From an uncultured archaeon (GTDB lineage Archaea; Aenigmatarchaeota; Aenigmatarchaeia; QMZP01; JACQNV01), in contig CAYPFW010000003.1 in the NCBI GenBank assembly GCA_964410585.1, positions 52,465 through 116,464 of the forward strand: 64,000 nt of DNA, given 5' to 3'. Made by a program: the position numbers and the translations under genes. Below, piece after piece: positions 1-9,041 of this stretch; the first letter of the stretch is position 1, and each line of letters starts with the position of its first letter. The notes under the pieces are model-generated. The model was not told the DNA's origin, made no database searches, and saw only the letters and a list, made by a program, of their open reading frames with translations.

Positions 1-619
1 GACCTGTTTGATTGAAAAGGAAAACAGTCATATTAACCTGGGTATTATTACTTATGTTAGGAACAACAAATGTCCAGGAGAAATTACCAAAACTTTCTCT
101 GCTATCAAAAGCAGGACCGCCCCCACTACTATTAGGGAATAGGAATCCAAATGTTCCATTAAACCATGTTATATTAGTTGAATTGACTAACTGCCCACCT
201 ATCCAAGACGAATTTGTAACATTTGTTAAAAAGAATGTCTTATTGGTACCATTTGCAGTTACATTGCTGTTTGTAACGAAAGTGAAATTAAAAGGCAACC
301 TAACTGTAAGATTTGTTAAATTATTAGTCCTATAACCGGTAATATTTTCACCTGCAGTAAGGTTTAAAGCCAAAGTAAAATCAACAGTAGAACCTGGTTC
401 CAAATAAATTGTGTGATTTGTTCTGATTGGCTGACCCGGACTCTGTTGTGCTGTACCTGTAGAATGATTAGACAAATTTGTCGTGATGTTAAATACTAGG
501 AAGCCGTCTACTGGAGTATGTAAATTAACCAAAACAAGCAATAATGCAATTAATCCAACAAAAACAACTGTACCTTTAGCTAAACCAACTAGACCTTTAT
601 AATTAGTACTTGCCCCCAT
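1..619 (-). CDS. Secreted or membrane-anchored surface glycoprotein, extremely rich in N-X-S/T sequons; runs off the window edge, so only the N-terminal part is visible
   Basis: Not in the ORF track. Manual translation from ATG 619 is open to the edge: MGASTNYKGLVGLAKGTVVFVGLIALLLVLVNLHTPVDGFLVFNITTNLSNHST...NMTVFLFNQTG. Hydrophobic N-terminal segment, then about 23 sequons. Confidence 0.85.
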   Translation of the reverse strand, partial: MGASTNYKGLVGLAKGTVVFVGLIALLLVLVNLHTPVDGFLVFNITTNLSNHSTGTAQQSPGQPIRTNHTIYLEPGSTVDFTLALNLTAGENITGYRTNNLTNLTVRLPFNFTFVTNSNVTANGTNKTFFLTNVTNSSWIGGQLVNSTNITWFNGTFGFLFPNSSGGGPAFDSRESFGNFSWTFVVPNISNNTQVNMTVFLFNQTG

Positions 620-732
620 AATACAATTTATTAGATAAACTAGTATATAAATTTATCGTTATGATTTCACACATGATCAAAGGTTGACAATAAGATAAAA
701 ATGTTTGTCCATATCTATTGTGTATGTTGATT

Positions 733-1623
733 ATGAAAAAAATTGTCTTCAGTATATTTGCGAAAGCAGCGGGTTTTCTAGTAAAAAAAGGTGCTGGTAA
801 AATACCGTATACAGGTACTCTATACAGTTTTTTATACAATAAAATAAAACCCAAGGGGATTATTGAAATAGCCGTTGAGGGGAATAAAATGTTTGTAAAC
901 TCACATGACAGCGGTATTGCGCATTTTTTACTTGTTAACAAAAAATATGAAGAATTTGAAACACAACTATTCAAAACTTTTTTAAAACCCGGAATGGTTG
1001 TGATTGACATAGGCGCAAATATCGGTTATTATACCCTAATAGCAGCCCAAGCAGTTGGTAAACAAGGTAAGGTTTATTCATTTGAGCCTGAACCAAAAAA
1101 CTATGAACTACTCACAAAAAATATTCAAGTAAATAAATTCGAAAATACACACCCCATTCAAAAAGCTCTTTCAAATAAGTCCGGAAAAATAAAACTTTAT
1201 CTCGATGAGAACAATTTAGGCAATCCATCAATATCAAAAAATAACATACCAGAAGAAAAAGGCTTTGTAGAAGTTGAAACATTGACACTAGATAGTTTTT
1301 TTCAAAACAAGATAAAAAACATTGATCTAGATATTATAAAAATAGATGTTCAGGGAGCAGAAGGTCTTGTTCTAGAAGGCTCAGAAAACATATTAAAGAA
1401 AAATAATTTGAAAATTTTTATGGAATTTTGGCCATATGGATTGAAAAATCTTAATACAGAACCACTAGAACTTTTGCGAAGGTTAGAGTTTTATGGATTT
1501 AAAATATTTTTAATCAATCCCAAAAAGAGAGTTTTACAGTCATTGACAAAAAAAGAAATTATTGATTTATGTGAAAAAACTAAAGACGGCAAAGGCTTTG
1601 TTAACCTCCTTCTTGAGAAGTAA
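733..1623 (+). CDS. FkbM-family SAM-dependent methyltransferase
   Basis: VIDIGANIGYY, FEPEP and IKIDVQGAE motifs; ATG 733 preferred over TTG 718. Confidence 0.9.
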   Translation: MKKIVFSIFAKAAGFLVKKGAGKIPYTGTLYSFLYNKIKPKGIIEIAVEGNKMFVNSHDSGIAHFLLVNKKYEEFETQLFKTFLKPGMVVIDIGANIGYYTLIAAQAVGKQGKVYSFEPEPKNYELLTKNIQVNKFENTHPIQKALSNKSGKIKLYLDENNLGNPSISKNNIPEEKGFVEVETLTLDSFFQNKIKNIDLDIIKIDVQGAEGLVLEGSENILKKNNLKIFMEFWPYGLKNLNTEPLELLRRLEFYGFKIFLINPKKRVLQSLTKKEIIDLCEKTKDGKGFVNLLLEK

Positions 1624-3085
1624 ACCACCCCATCTCATATGCACAGTTTCCTAATTCGGTTCTCCAAATATCTTTTTTTCCTGTTTCTTCACAATACAAA
1701 CTTCCCTTCCATCTATTTTTACACAAATAAAATTTTTCATCTAAATCCCTGCAGCCAAAAGCATGTCCCAACTCATGTGCAACTGTTATATCAGTATAGG
1801 CACCTGCATCAAGAAGGATGAATTTTCCACCATAGTAAACACCACCAGACTCTCCGCCAGATGATGGTATTTTGGGGACCAAAATCATTATTACATCGTA
1901 TTTATCAAAATCAACATGCTTCGCGAGATTAGTATAAGTTGAGCTTGTATAGAAGCCCTTACTAAACTCTAGGTCGGTTTCAATGTTTGATATGTTGAAA
2001 TTATATGATCCTATAAAACTGAAATTCAAATCTATGATATCCTTTCCATTATACCTAATTGCTTCTTGCTTATAGTATTTGCTTACATTATTTCCTATTT
2101 CTGAAAGATGCTGTTTAAAATAATCAACAAACGGAATATCAACAAAAACAAAACCAATTTTTGTGCTTCCTTTCGGATCTAAGTATCTTGTTTGTGAAAA
2201 CCAATTATCTATCCTATCTATACAACCTTCACCCGATTCACAATCACCATCGACAAAGAAAATGTTTCCAACACAAACACCTTTATAGTTAAAAAAACCA
2301 TCACCACACTTTGTTGCAGAGTCATCAAAAACTACAAATTCTCTGTATAAATTTCCAAAATTAGAATCAGCCTTTATCATCGCCACATCAAGCCTCTTGT
2401 CAAGTGTTTTTGTTCCAAGAAAATTTTTGGTTATTTTAGTCCCCTTTATTTTAATTGGTACTTCTTTGATCTCATTTGATTTTAATTTAATGCCTTTTGG
2501 TGCGTCTAGAATTTCTATTTTGTTTGAATTCCAAGTTAGGTTGCTTTCTATATCATGATTTTTGTTGTTTTTTATTATTACTTTTCCTTCAGACACCTGA
2601 TTCAATTTTAAAAAGTGAGGTAGGGCAATATCAAAATCCAAAGATGTTTTATGAGTCTTATTTTCTATCAAAAAACCACTATTGCAAACTTTATTTGAAT
2701 TCCTATAGCAAATACCGCTACACACAACCCCATCAAAACATTGACAATCCAAACATTCAGAATTTTCAGATCCTTCACAAATTCTGTTGAAATTGCACAA
2801 GTTCGTTTGTTTTCTCTCGCAGCTACCATTGCAATATATTTTACCATTATATTGAACAAAACCACCAATGCAAAGTTCTTTATAAGGACAAACCTTTGAC
2901 AGTTTTGGTTCCTCAATATTTTTTGGTTGTTGGCTTATTTCAGTTTGGTTAAAAGTGTTAATTTGTGTATTCTGTTTTGGTAAGCTTACATTCCCAACTT
3001 CTTTTGTTAAATTTAAGGTGTTGTTGTTTACATATACTGCTGCTAAAAAAGATACAAAAACTATTGCAACTATAATTAATTTCAT
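1601..3085 (-). CDS. Secreted Cys-rich protein with a C-terminal zinc metallopeptidase motif
   Basis: N-terminal signal/anchor; Cys-rich segment; VAHELGHAFGCRD (HExxHxxGxxD). Confidence 0.7.
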   Translation of the reverse strand: MKLIIVAIVFVSFLAAVYVNNNTLNLTKEVGNVSLPKQNTQINTFNQTEISQQPKNIEEPKLSKVCPYKELCIGGFVQYNGKIYCNGSCERKQTNLCNFNRICEGSENSECLDCQCFDGVVCSGICYRNSNKVCNSGFLIENKTHKTSLDFDIALPHFLKLNQVSEGKVIIKNNKNHDIESNLTWNSNKIEILDAPKGIKLKSNEIKEVPIKIKGTKITKNFLGTKTLDKRLDVAMIKADSNFGNLYREFVVFDDSATKCGDGFFNYKGVCVGNIFFVDGDCESGEGCIDRIDNWFSQTRYLDPKGSTKIGFVFVDIPFVDYFKQHLSEIGNNVSKYYKQEAIRYNGKDIIDLNFSFIGSYNFNISNIETDLEFSKGFYTSSTYTNLAKHVDFDKYDVIMILVPKIPSSGGESGGVYYGGKFILLDAGAYTDITVAHELGHAFGCRDLDEKFYLCKNRWKGSLYCEETGKKDIWRTELGNCAYEMGWFTSQEGG

Positions 3086-3087
3086 AT

Positions 3088-4047
3088 TTAAGAAATAGGA
3101 TTTGATTGGTCTGGCTGACTCTGAACTATTGGAGCTGGTTCTTCTTTCTTCTTTTCAACTTCCTTGTTCAAATAAATTCTGTTTGTCCTTCCTAGTCTTT
3201 CTGTTTTTAACAGGCCTCTTTCTTCTAAATTCTTAATAAGTCTTGATAAGGTTGCTTTTGAAAAGTCGCCTTTCTCCTGAATTTGCCTTTGTTTAGCTTT
3301 TCCACCTAGTTCTTCAAGAATTCCAATAACCTTTCTTTCATCATCCCTTAGGATTGTCATAGCTGTTTCAATCCCACCTACTCTGGTTCTATAGAAGAAC
3401 AAAACAGCTATTGCAACAATAATTACACCAAACAATAAATAAAACAGGCTTAAATCAGGCCCAACACTCTTGTATGTAGGTAAAGACTCAAAGACAATGT
3501 TTGCATTTATGCTATCCTCCTTGACAACATTTTCTTTAACCCACTCAACAAAAATTTTTCTGCCATCTGAACCCTTCACACCACTTTCTGGGGAATATGG
3601 TTTTAAAGACGATGACCCAGACAAAACTAAACCCTCTTCTAATTTCACTCTCAAAACCATTTTTTTTGCATTCAAAGGTGTTTTAGAGTTTATTTCAAAT
3701 AGATAACCACTTTCAAGGCTCTTGGGGACCAAATCAGATTCAAACTCAAAGACAAGCGATCTCTGAATGCCTGTCGTATTTTCGAAATCACAAACTATTT
3801 TGCCTCCCCACTTTTCTTTTTGAAGATTGCAATCGTATCCACCAAAATTGGCTTTATGCTGAAAATTGTTTATCTCAAAAAAGAAGGGCATTTCAATTCT
3901 GCCTTCTGGATTGTTCTCAAATGTTAGGAGAATATTATACTTTGCTTTATCCAAATCTACAAGAACCTGATTTTCGTATATTGATAAATCAGAAGCAGAA
4001 GCTATTGGGATTATTAAGAGTGCAATTAATAAAAATACTAGTTTCAT
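3088..4047 (-). CDS. Membrane-anchored protein: extracellular domain, one TM helix, cytoplasmic winged HTH (COG2512-like)
   Basis: Signal peptide; TM LFYLLFGVIIVAIAVLFFY; C-terminal DDERKVI...QRQIQEKGDFSKATLSRLIKNLEERGLLKTERLGRTNRI. Confidence 0.8.
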   Translation of the reverse strand: MKLVFLLIALLIIPIASASDLSIYENQVLVDLDKAKYNILLTFENNPEGRIEMPFFFEINNFQHKANFGGYDCNLQKEKWGGKIVCDFENTTGIQRSLVFEFESDLVPKSLESGYLFEINSKTPLNAKKMVLRVKLEEGLVLSGSSSLKPYSPESGVKGSDGRKIFVEWVKENVVKEDSINANIVFESLPTYKSVGPDLSLFYLLFGVIIVAIAVLFFYRTRVGGIETAMTILRDDERKVIGILEELGGKAKQRQIQEKGDFSKATLSRLIKNLEERGLLKTERLGRTNRIYLNKEVEKKKEEPAPIVQSQPDQSNPIS

Positions 4048-4078
4048 GCAGTATTATTTGTTTTAGTTATATTTCTGC

Positions 4079-4687
4079 TTAATTATCAATAAAAACATAG
4101 CCATTTGGGGTGTTTTTAACTTTTTTATATTCGCCTATCATGGAAAGAAGAAATTTCATTGTGGCTAAATCAAAATCTTTCTTTGTTTTACCAGAGATAA
4201 AAATATTTTTGTTTTCAATTTTAACATAGGTGCTGTTTGCAAATTCAGGTGGTATTAAGACTATATTGTAAAACGGTGAATGATTAGTGATGTTTTGGTA
4301 GCTATCTATTTCTTCTGGAATATAATCTTTTGGTCTATACCAAATGGGCAGCCTTTCCAACCAATATGTTAGTTTTATTGTTAATTCCAATGCCTCAACA
4401 GCATTGAGTGAGTTTGTTTCCTCTGTTCCCAATTTATGAACAATATAAATTTTATCATTTTCATGGAAATAAAAATCTCTTTTAAAGTCTTCTAAGTTGG
4501 TTTCAACTATCTCAAAACCTATTTTTTCTGCTTCGTTGACATCATCCCTAAAGTTGAAAGAAACATTATTATAAAAGACTGTGATTATTTTTGAGTCATT
4601 CGGATTATTGGCGCTTATCGTTGTATATGCTCCAACAAAAGCTACTAGAATTACTAAGATTGCTAGAACATAAAATACTTTTTTCAT
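4079..4687 (-). CDS. Hypothetical secreted or membrane-anchored protein
   Basis: 202-aa ORF with an N-terminal hydrophobic segment and several sequons; downstream of the S-layer gene on the same strand. Confidence 0.7.
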   Translation of the reverse strand: MKKVFYVLAILVILVAFVGAYTTISANNPNDSKIITVFYNNVSFNFRDDVNEAEKIGFEIVETNLEDFKRDFYFHENDKIYIVHKLGTEETNSLNAVEALELTIKLTYWLERLPIWYRPKDYIPEEIDSYQNITNHSPFYNIVLIPPEFANSTYVKIENKNIFISGKTKKDFDLATMKFLLSMIGEYKKVKNTPNGYVFIDN

Positions 4688-4720
4688 AATAAAAATAGAA
4701 GGAAGGATTTAAAAATTATT

Positions 4721-4780
4721 TGAACCGGCAAAAAATAAGCCGGATTCAGTATAAAAATAAAACCTGGCCGAAGCCAGTTC
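4721..4780 (-). terminator. Tandem hairpins after the S-layer stop codon (terminator or 3' stabiliser)
   Basis: Minus strand reads CTGGC-TTCG-GCCAG (cUUCGg loop, 4764-4777), then GTTTTATTTTT, then a second stem TGAATCCGGC...GCCGGTTCA (4721-4748). Confidence 0.65.
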
Positions 4781-4782
4781 AT

Positions 4783-7092
4783 TTAAACTTCTGCTTCTGT
4801 TCCTGTCAATTCAGAGTGAACTGAAGGTCCATCTGCAAGTATGTCTGTTGCTCTTCTTGTGTCTTCTGCTTCCCATCCAGCAACGACCAAAGCTACTTTT
4901 CCGCCATTGAAAGCGTTTTCATATAGCTTTATCCATCCTTTGCCTTCTGGAATACCAGAGTCAGCTCCACATGCAGGGAATGTTTTTCCCATAAGCTCAG
5001 CTGTAACTTTGTTGACACAAGGTCCACCAACAGAGATAACGTTGTTTGCGGTTTTATCAGCTGCTGTCAGTTCTGTATCTAGCTTTGCAACAGGTGTTCT
5101 TGCTGATGCGTGTTCAGCCGCTTCCTTTCCTAAGAAGACTGGAACACCAGCTCTGCTTTTTGGAACTCTTATTTTTATTGTCGATGTTGAAAGTTCTTCA
5201 GCTGTAGCACCATATGAGTTTGCTGAACCAACTCTTGCGTATGATGTTGTTCCTGTTCTTGCTAACCACCATGTACCATATGACACTGTTCTTAGGTTTC
5301 CTGTTCCAACCATCCAAGCATATGCAAATGAGTCAGAGTCTGCCGTTCCCCCGTAACCCAATGCAGCTGCAGATCTACCAGCGGTCGATGCATTAAATCT
5401 TGATGTGTTTGCGTGTATAGAAATGTTGTTTACATTGTTGTCCTGTGATTGTGGTAGTGTGATATCAACCTTATATTCTGGAAGGGCTGTAACAGTACCA
5501 GTTGCAGTAGATGTATCTGAGTTATTTAATGCGTTTATTGCCCATCCACTGTTATCTAAACCAACCAGTGTTGGGGATGTTGAACTGTTTCCAAGTTTTG
5601 AAGAGTCTGTTTCATTTTCAACAAAGTACATTGCACGAGAACTTGCAACAGTACCAAATACAGTTACCCAAAACTTATCTGTATCTTTACTTCCACCACC
5701 TGCCATTGAATCTATTCCAGATACTGTGAAGATTTTTGCTGCTTTACCATCTTGATCTGTTGCTGTAATCTTGGTAGCATAGGTATCAACTACACCGTCA
5801 CCAAAGGTATTGATTCCACCATCAATTTGCTCCTGTGTAAAAGTTAGGTCATAGTATCCTGTTGTTCCCATTGTTTCAAGCCCAGATGATGTTGCACTTA
5901 AACCAGCTGGTGAAGGACCGAATTTTAGGTGTGCTAAACCGCCTGGAAGTTTTATTGAGTCACCAAGTTTAAGTGAGGTTGTACCTGTGTAAGACTTTAT
6001 GTTGTAAAGACCAACTCTTCTTATTGCTTGTGGATTTGCTTGTGTATCTATAAAAACATACCAGTCGCCTTCGTACTTAGCACCATTTTTAAGTTCTAGA
6101 ATTTCGCTAGCTTCACCTACAATCAAGTCTGCACTACCTGTTTTAGATCCGCCTGATCCATAGACTTCGCCAACAGTACCTGAAACAACAGCCACTTTAA
6201 CACCGCCTACTGTTACAATGTCACCTTGGTCAACTGTTGCTGTATCTGTTCCGACTTGAACACTTACTCTGTTATTTGTTATATCAACATTTGTAACCTT
6301 TACTGCTTTTGCACCTACTGTAATTTCTGTTCCAGAAACTACACCAGAGTGTTTTGCCCCTGTTTTACCTAATTGAATTTTTGTTCCATCTGAATTCACA
6401 TCTATTACAACATGCTTTTCCCCAAGCCATGCAACTTCTTTACCTTCCAAATTTGCTGCAGAAATATTTCTTTCTGAAAATTCTAAGTAGTATGCAAGAC
6501 CTGTTGTCCTAGTAGATGTACCTGATACTTTTAATAGTGTAAGCTTTTCAAAGTTTGCTTTTGAATCTGAAGCTGATGTTTCTGGAGCGACATCTGTATC
6601 TGTTGTTAGCGTATCGTTAACAACTTCTCTCCATTTATAGGTTGTTCCACTTTTTAGTATTTCACCTTTGTTTAAGAAGCTTACTCCATATCCTCCAGCT
6701 TCACCCTTTGGAACCAAGACAAAAAATTGGCTTTCAGTTGTGCCATTTGATCCAGCTCTTTGTTTTTCTATACTGTTTCTTAAGTCTGAACCAGGTGCTA
6801 CGTGCTCTGTTTTACCTTCTCCAAAAGAAACTTTTGGTGCTGTACCTGTTCCAGCTGCTGCAACCCTTGCATCTGCAAGTGCTACCTCTAAAGCAGACAA
6901 TTGTGCATTTGCACCTACCACGTCTGGAACCGCAGCGCCACTACCTAGCGCCAAGATAAAGTCTTTTTGTGTTCCGTCAACGAATGGTGCAGGATATGTG
7001 CCTAAATCAGCTGCTCCAAATACACCGATACCCATTGTGGCACCAGTCATTACTGCAGCAAGCGACCCTGCCAATATTTTTCTTATATTCAT
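4783..7092 (-). CDS. S-layer protein (S_layer_N/S_layer_C type)
   Basis: N-terminus MNIRKILAGSLAAVMTGATMG...ADLGTYPAPFV; C-terminus ISVGGPCVNKVTAEL...LVVAGWEAEDTRRA; Gly/Thr/Ala-rich; strong SD. Confidence 0.85.
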   Translation of the reverse strand: MNIRKILAGSLAAVMTGATMGIGVFGAADLGTYPAPFVDGTQKDFILALGSGAAVPDVVGANAQLSALEVALADARVAAAGTGTAPKVSFGEGKTEHVAPGSDLRNSIEKQRAGSNGTTESQFFVLVPKGEAGGYGVSFLNKGEILKSGTTYKWREVVNDTLTTDTDVAPETSASDSKANFEKLTLLKVSGTSTRTTGLAYYLEFSERNISAANLEGKEVAWLGEKHVVIDVNSDGTKIQLGKTGAKHSGVVSGTEITVGAKAVKVTNVDITNNRVSVQVGTDTATVDQGDIVTVGGVKVAVVSGTVGEVYGSGGSKTGSADLIVGEASEILELKNGAKYEGDWYVFIDTQANPQAIRRVGLYNIKSYTGTTSLKLGDSIKLPGGLAHLKFGPSPAGLSATSSGLETMGTTGYYDLTFTQEQIDGGINTFGDGVVDTYATKITATDQDGKAAKIFTVSGIDSMAGGGSKDTDKFWVTVFGTVASSRAMYFVENETDSSKLGNSSTSPTLVGLDNSGWAINALNNSDTSTATGTVTALPEYKVDITLPQSQDNNVNNISIHANTSRFNASTAGRSAAALGYGGTADSDSFAYAWMVGTGNLRTVSYGTWWLARTGTTSYARVGSANSYGATAEELSTSTIKIRVPKSRAGVPVFLGKEAAEHASARTPVAKLDTELTAADKTANNVISVGGPCVNKVTAELMGKTFPACGADSGIPEGKGWIKLYENAFNGGKVALVVAGWEAEDTRRATDILADGPSVHSELTGTEAEV

Positions 7093-7097
7093 ATTTT

Positions 7098-7216
7098 ACC
7101 TCCAATTAAAGAAGATCCTTGTTTCGATATGATTTTGGGATCTCCACAAACATAAGTCTAGAGTCCTAGACCAGATTTCTGATATCTATTTGGTTTGGGG
7201 TATATATATCCTTTGC
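7098..7216 (-). promoter_or_regulatory. S-layer promoter, structured 5' leader and Shine-Dalgarno
   Basis: GGAGGT at 7098-7103; BRE/TATA-like GCAAAGGATATATATA at about 7201-7216; inverted repeats AGATCC/GGATCT (7113-7143) and GTCTAG/CTAGAC (7156-7171). Confidence 0.55.
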
Positions 7217-7346
7217 TTGGAACGATTTCACATGCTTTTTTTACCAAATTAAATTTTGGCTTTAGGATCCCGAATATAAATTTTAGCCAATTAACTGTTT
7301 CAAAAGGACAAAATTGTCATTTTAATTAAATCCAGACTTCTTTTAC

Positions 7347-8024
7347 TCATCTTTTATTTAATCTGTATAATAAGCCTGTTTTTACTATATACAACAGAAC
7401 TCCAAATACCATTTTAATCCCTCTAATGGTTTTGGATTTAGATCTGTAGTTTATACTAACTTTAAACTGTCCGATTTTAAATCCTTTTTTAGCAGCCTGC
7501 GAAAGGATGCTATTCTCAATTATATAGCCACCATGTATCTTAATTTGTTTTATTGAATCTGTTTTTGCAACAACAAAACCACAATTAGTGTCCTTAAGAT
7601 TTGTTCCAAACAAGAAATTGAATGCTATCCTCCAAACAATATTACCTATTTTATGTCTAAAGGGAACTTTTGACCAATCCCTATACCCCATTACAATATC
7701 AGAGTTTGATTTTGTTGCATAATTAAGAAGACCTTGTGCTTCTATTGGATTGTATTGTAAATCCGCGTCTAGAAAAATTACATAGTTAGTCTTCGGATAG
7801 TTTTCGTATATATATTTTAAACCTGTTTTTATCGCTTCTCCCTTGCCTTTATTTTCAGCATGTCTTAGGACGATAATACCAAAGGACTTTGATATCTCAC
7901 ATGTCCTGTCTGAAGATCCGTCATCAATCACTATACTTTTCAATCCAACTTTATTCAACCCAATTATAACTTTTCCAATTGTTTTTTCTTCATTGTAAGC
8001 TGGGATCAAAACGATTGTTTCCAT
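7347..8024 (-). CDS. GT2 glycosyltransferase, polyprenol/dolichol-phosphate sugar synthase-like
   Basis: IPAYNEE, DDGSSD, NKGKG, DADLQY, DTNCGF motifs. Confidence 0.9.
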   Translation of the reverse strand: METIVLIPAYNEEKTIGKVIIGLNKVGLKSIVIDDGSSDRTCEISKSFGIIVLRHAENKGKGEAIKTGLKYIYENYPKTNYVIFLDADLQYNPIEAQGLLNYATKSNSDIVMGYRDWSKVPFRHKIGNIVWRIAFNFLFGTNLKDTNCGFVVAKTDSIKQIKIHGGYIIENSILSQAAKKGFKIGQFKVSINYRSKSKTIRGIKMVFGVLLYIVKTGLLYRLNKR

Positions 8025-8069
8025 AATAATATAAGATTTAGTTTATTAACTACTTAACAAGATATTTTT

Positions 8070-9041
8070 ATGGACGTTTCTGTTATTGTTCCTGCATATA
8101 ATGCTGAAAAAACTATACAGACTACACTTTCCTCTCTACTAGATCAGTCTTTCAAGGGAATGTATGAAATAATAATTGTGAATGATGGGTCAAAAGACAA
8201 AACAGTTGGTATAGTAAAAAATATTATCAAAAAAAATCCGAATATTAGGATAATAAATCAGATCAACAGAGGTCCAGCAGCTGCGAGGAATGCAGGTTCA
8301 AAGGCAGCTAATGGCAAAATATTACTTTTTACTGATTCTGACTGTATTCCAGAAAAAAATTGGATAGAAGAAATGATATCGCCTTTCAAAAACAGCGAAA
8401 TTGTTGGTGTTCAGGGCAGGTATAAAATTTTTAATAAAGACAGTTTGATTGCAAGGTTTGTTCAATATGAGATAGAGGAAAGATATCAAAGGATGGAAAA
8501 GCAAAAAAATATAGATTTCATTGGCTCATATTCAGCTGCGTACAAAGGGGAAACGTTCCTCAAATTTGGTGGGTTTGATGAACAATTCAAAAAAGCGTCT
8601 GGAGAAGATCCAGAAATTTCTTACAGAATGGCTGATGCTGGACTAAAAATGGTTTTTGCGCCACATGCTATTGTATTACACCATCATCAAGACACACTTA
8701 AAAAGTACCTTAAAATGAAATATGGAAGAGGCTATTGGGGACATTTGCTTTATAAAAAACACCCAAAAAAGAAAACAGGACAGTCATACAACTCAATTTC
8801 CTATTTTTTACATATCATGCTAACATGTGTACTTGGCCTTCTTTTTGTTGCTTTCCTACCAATTAATTTTTTAGTTTCAATAACAATGGTGGCTGTTCTC
8901 CTAATTTTGTCTCTACCTTCTACAATACATATTTCAAAATTTGAGAAAAAATTTATTTTTATAGCACCAATTTTAATAAATTTAAGAAATTTAGCAATAG
9001 GACTTGGTATATTAGCTGCTGTATTAAAAGGAAAAAACTAA
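8070..9041 (+). CDS. GT2 glycosyltransferase with C-terminal TM helices
   Basis: VPAYNAE, NDGSKD, FTDSDC, GED motifs. Confidence 0.9.
   Translation: MDVSVIVPAYNAEKTIQTTLSSLLDQSFKGMYEIIIVNDGSKDKTVGIVKNIIKKNPNIRIINQINRGPAAARNAGSKAANGKILLFTDSDCIPEKNWIEEMISPFKNSEIVGVQGRYKIFNKDSLIARFVQYEIEERYQRMEKQKNIDFIGSYSAAYKGETFLKFGGFDEQFKKASGEDPEISYRMADAGLKMVFAPHAIVLHHHQDTLKKYLKMKYGRGYWGHLLYKKHPKKKTGQSYNSISYFLHIMLTCVLGLLFVAFLPINFLVSITMVAVLLILSLPSTIHISKFEKKFIFIAPILINLRNLAIGLGILAAVLKGKN

Noticed and set aside
12-335. 107-aa plus-strand ORF
   Set aside because: Antisense shadow of the sequon-rich minus-strand gene (1-619), which has a signal peptide and a coherent composition
4841-7132. Several long plus-strand ORFs inside the S-layer gene
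   Set aside because: Antisense frames kept open by the strong codon bias of the S-layer gene; no motifs. The same applies to the other short nested ORFs in the track.
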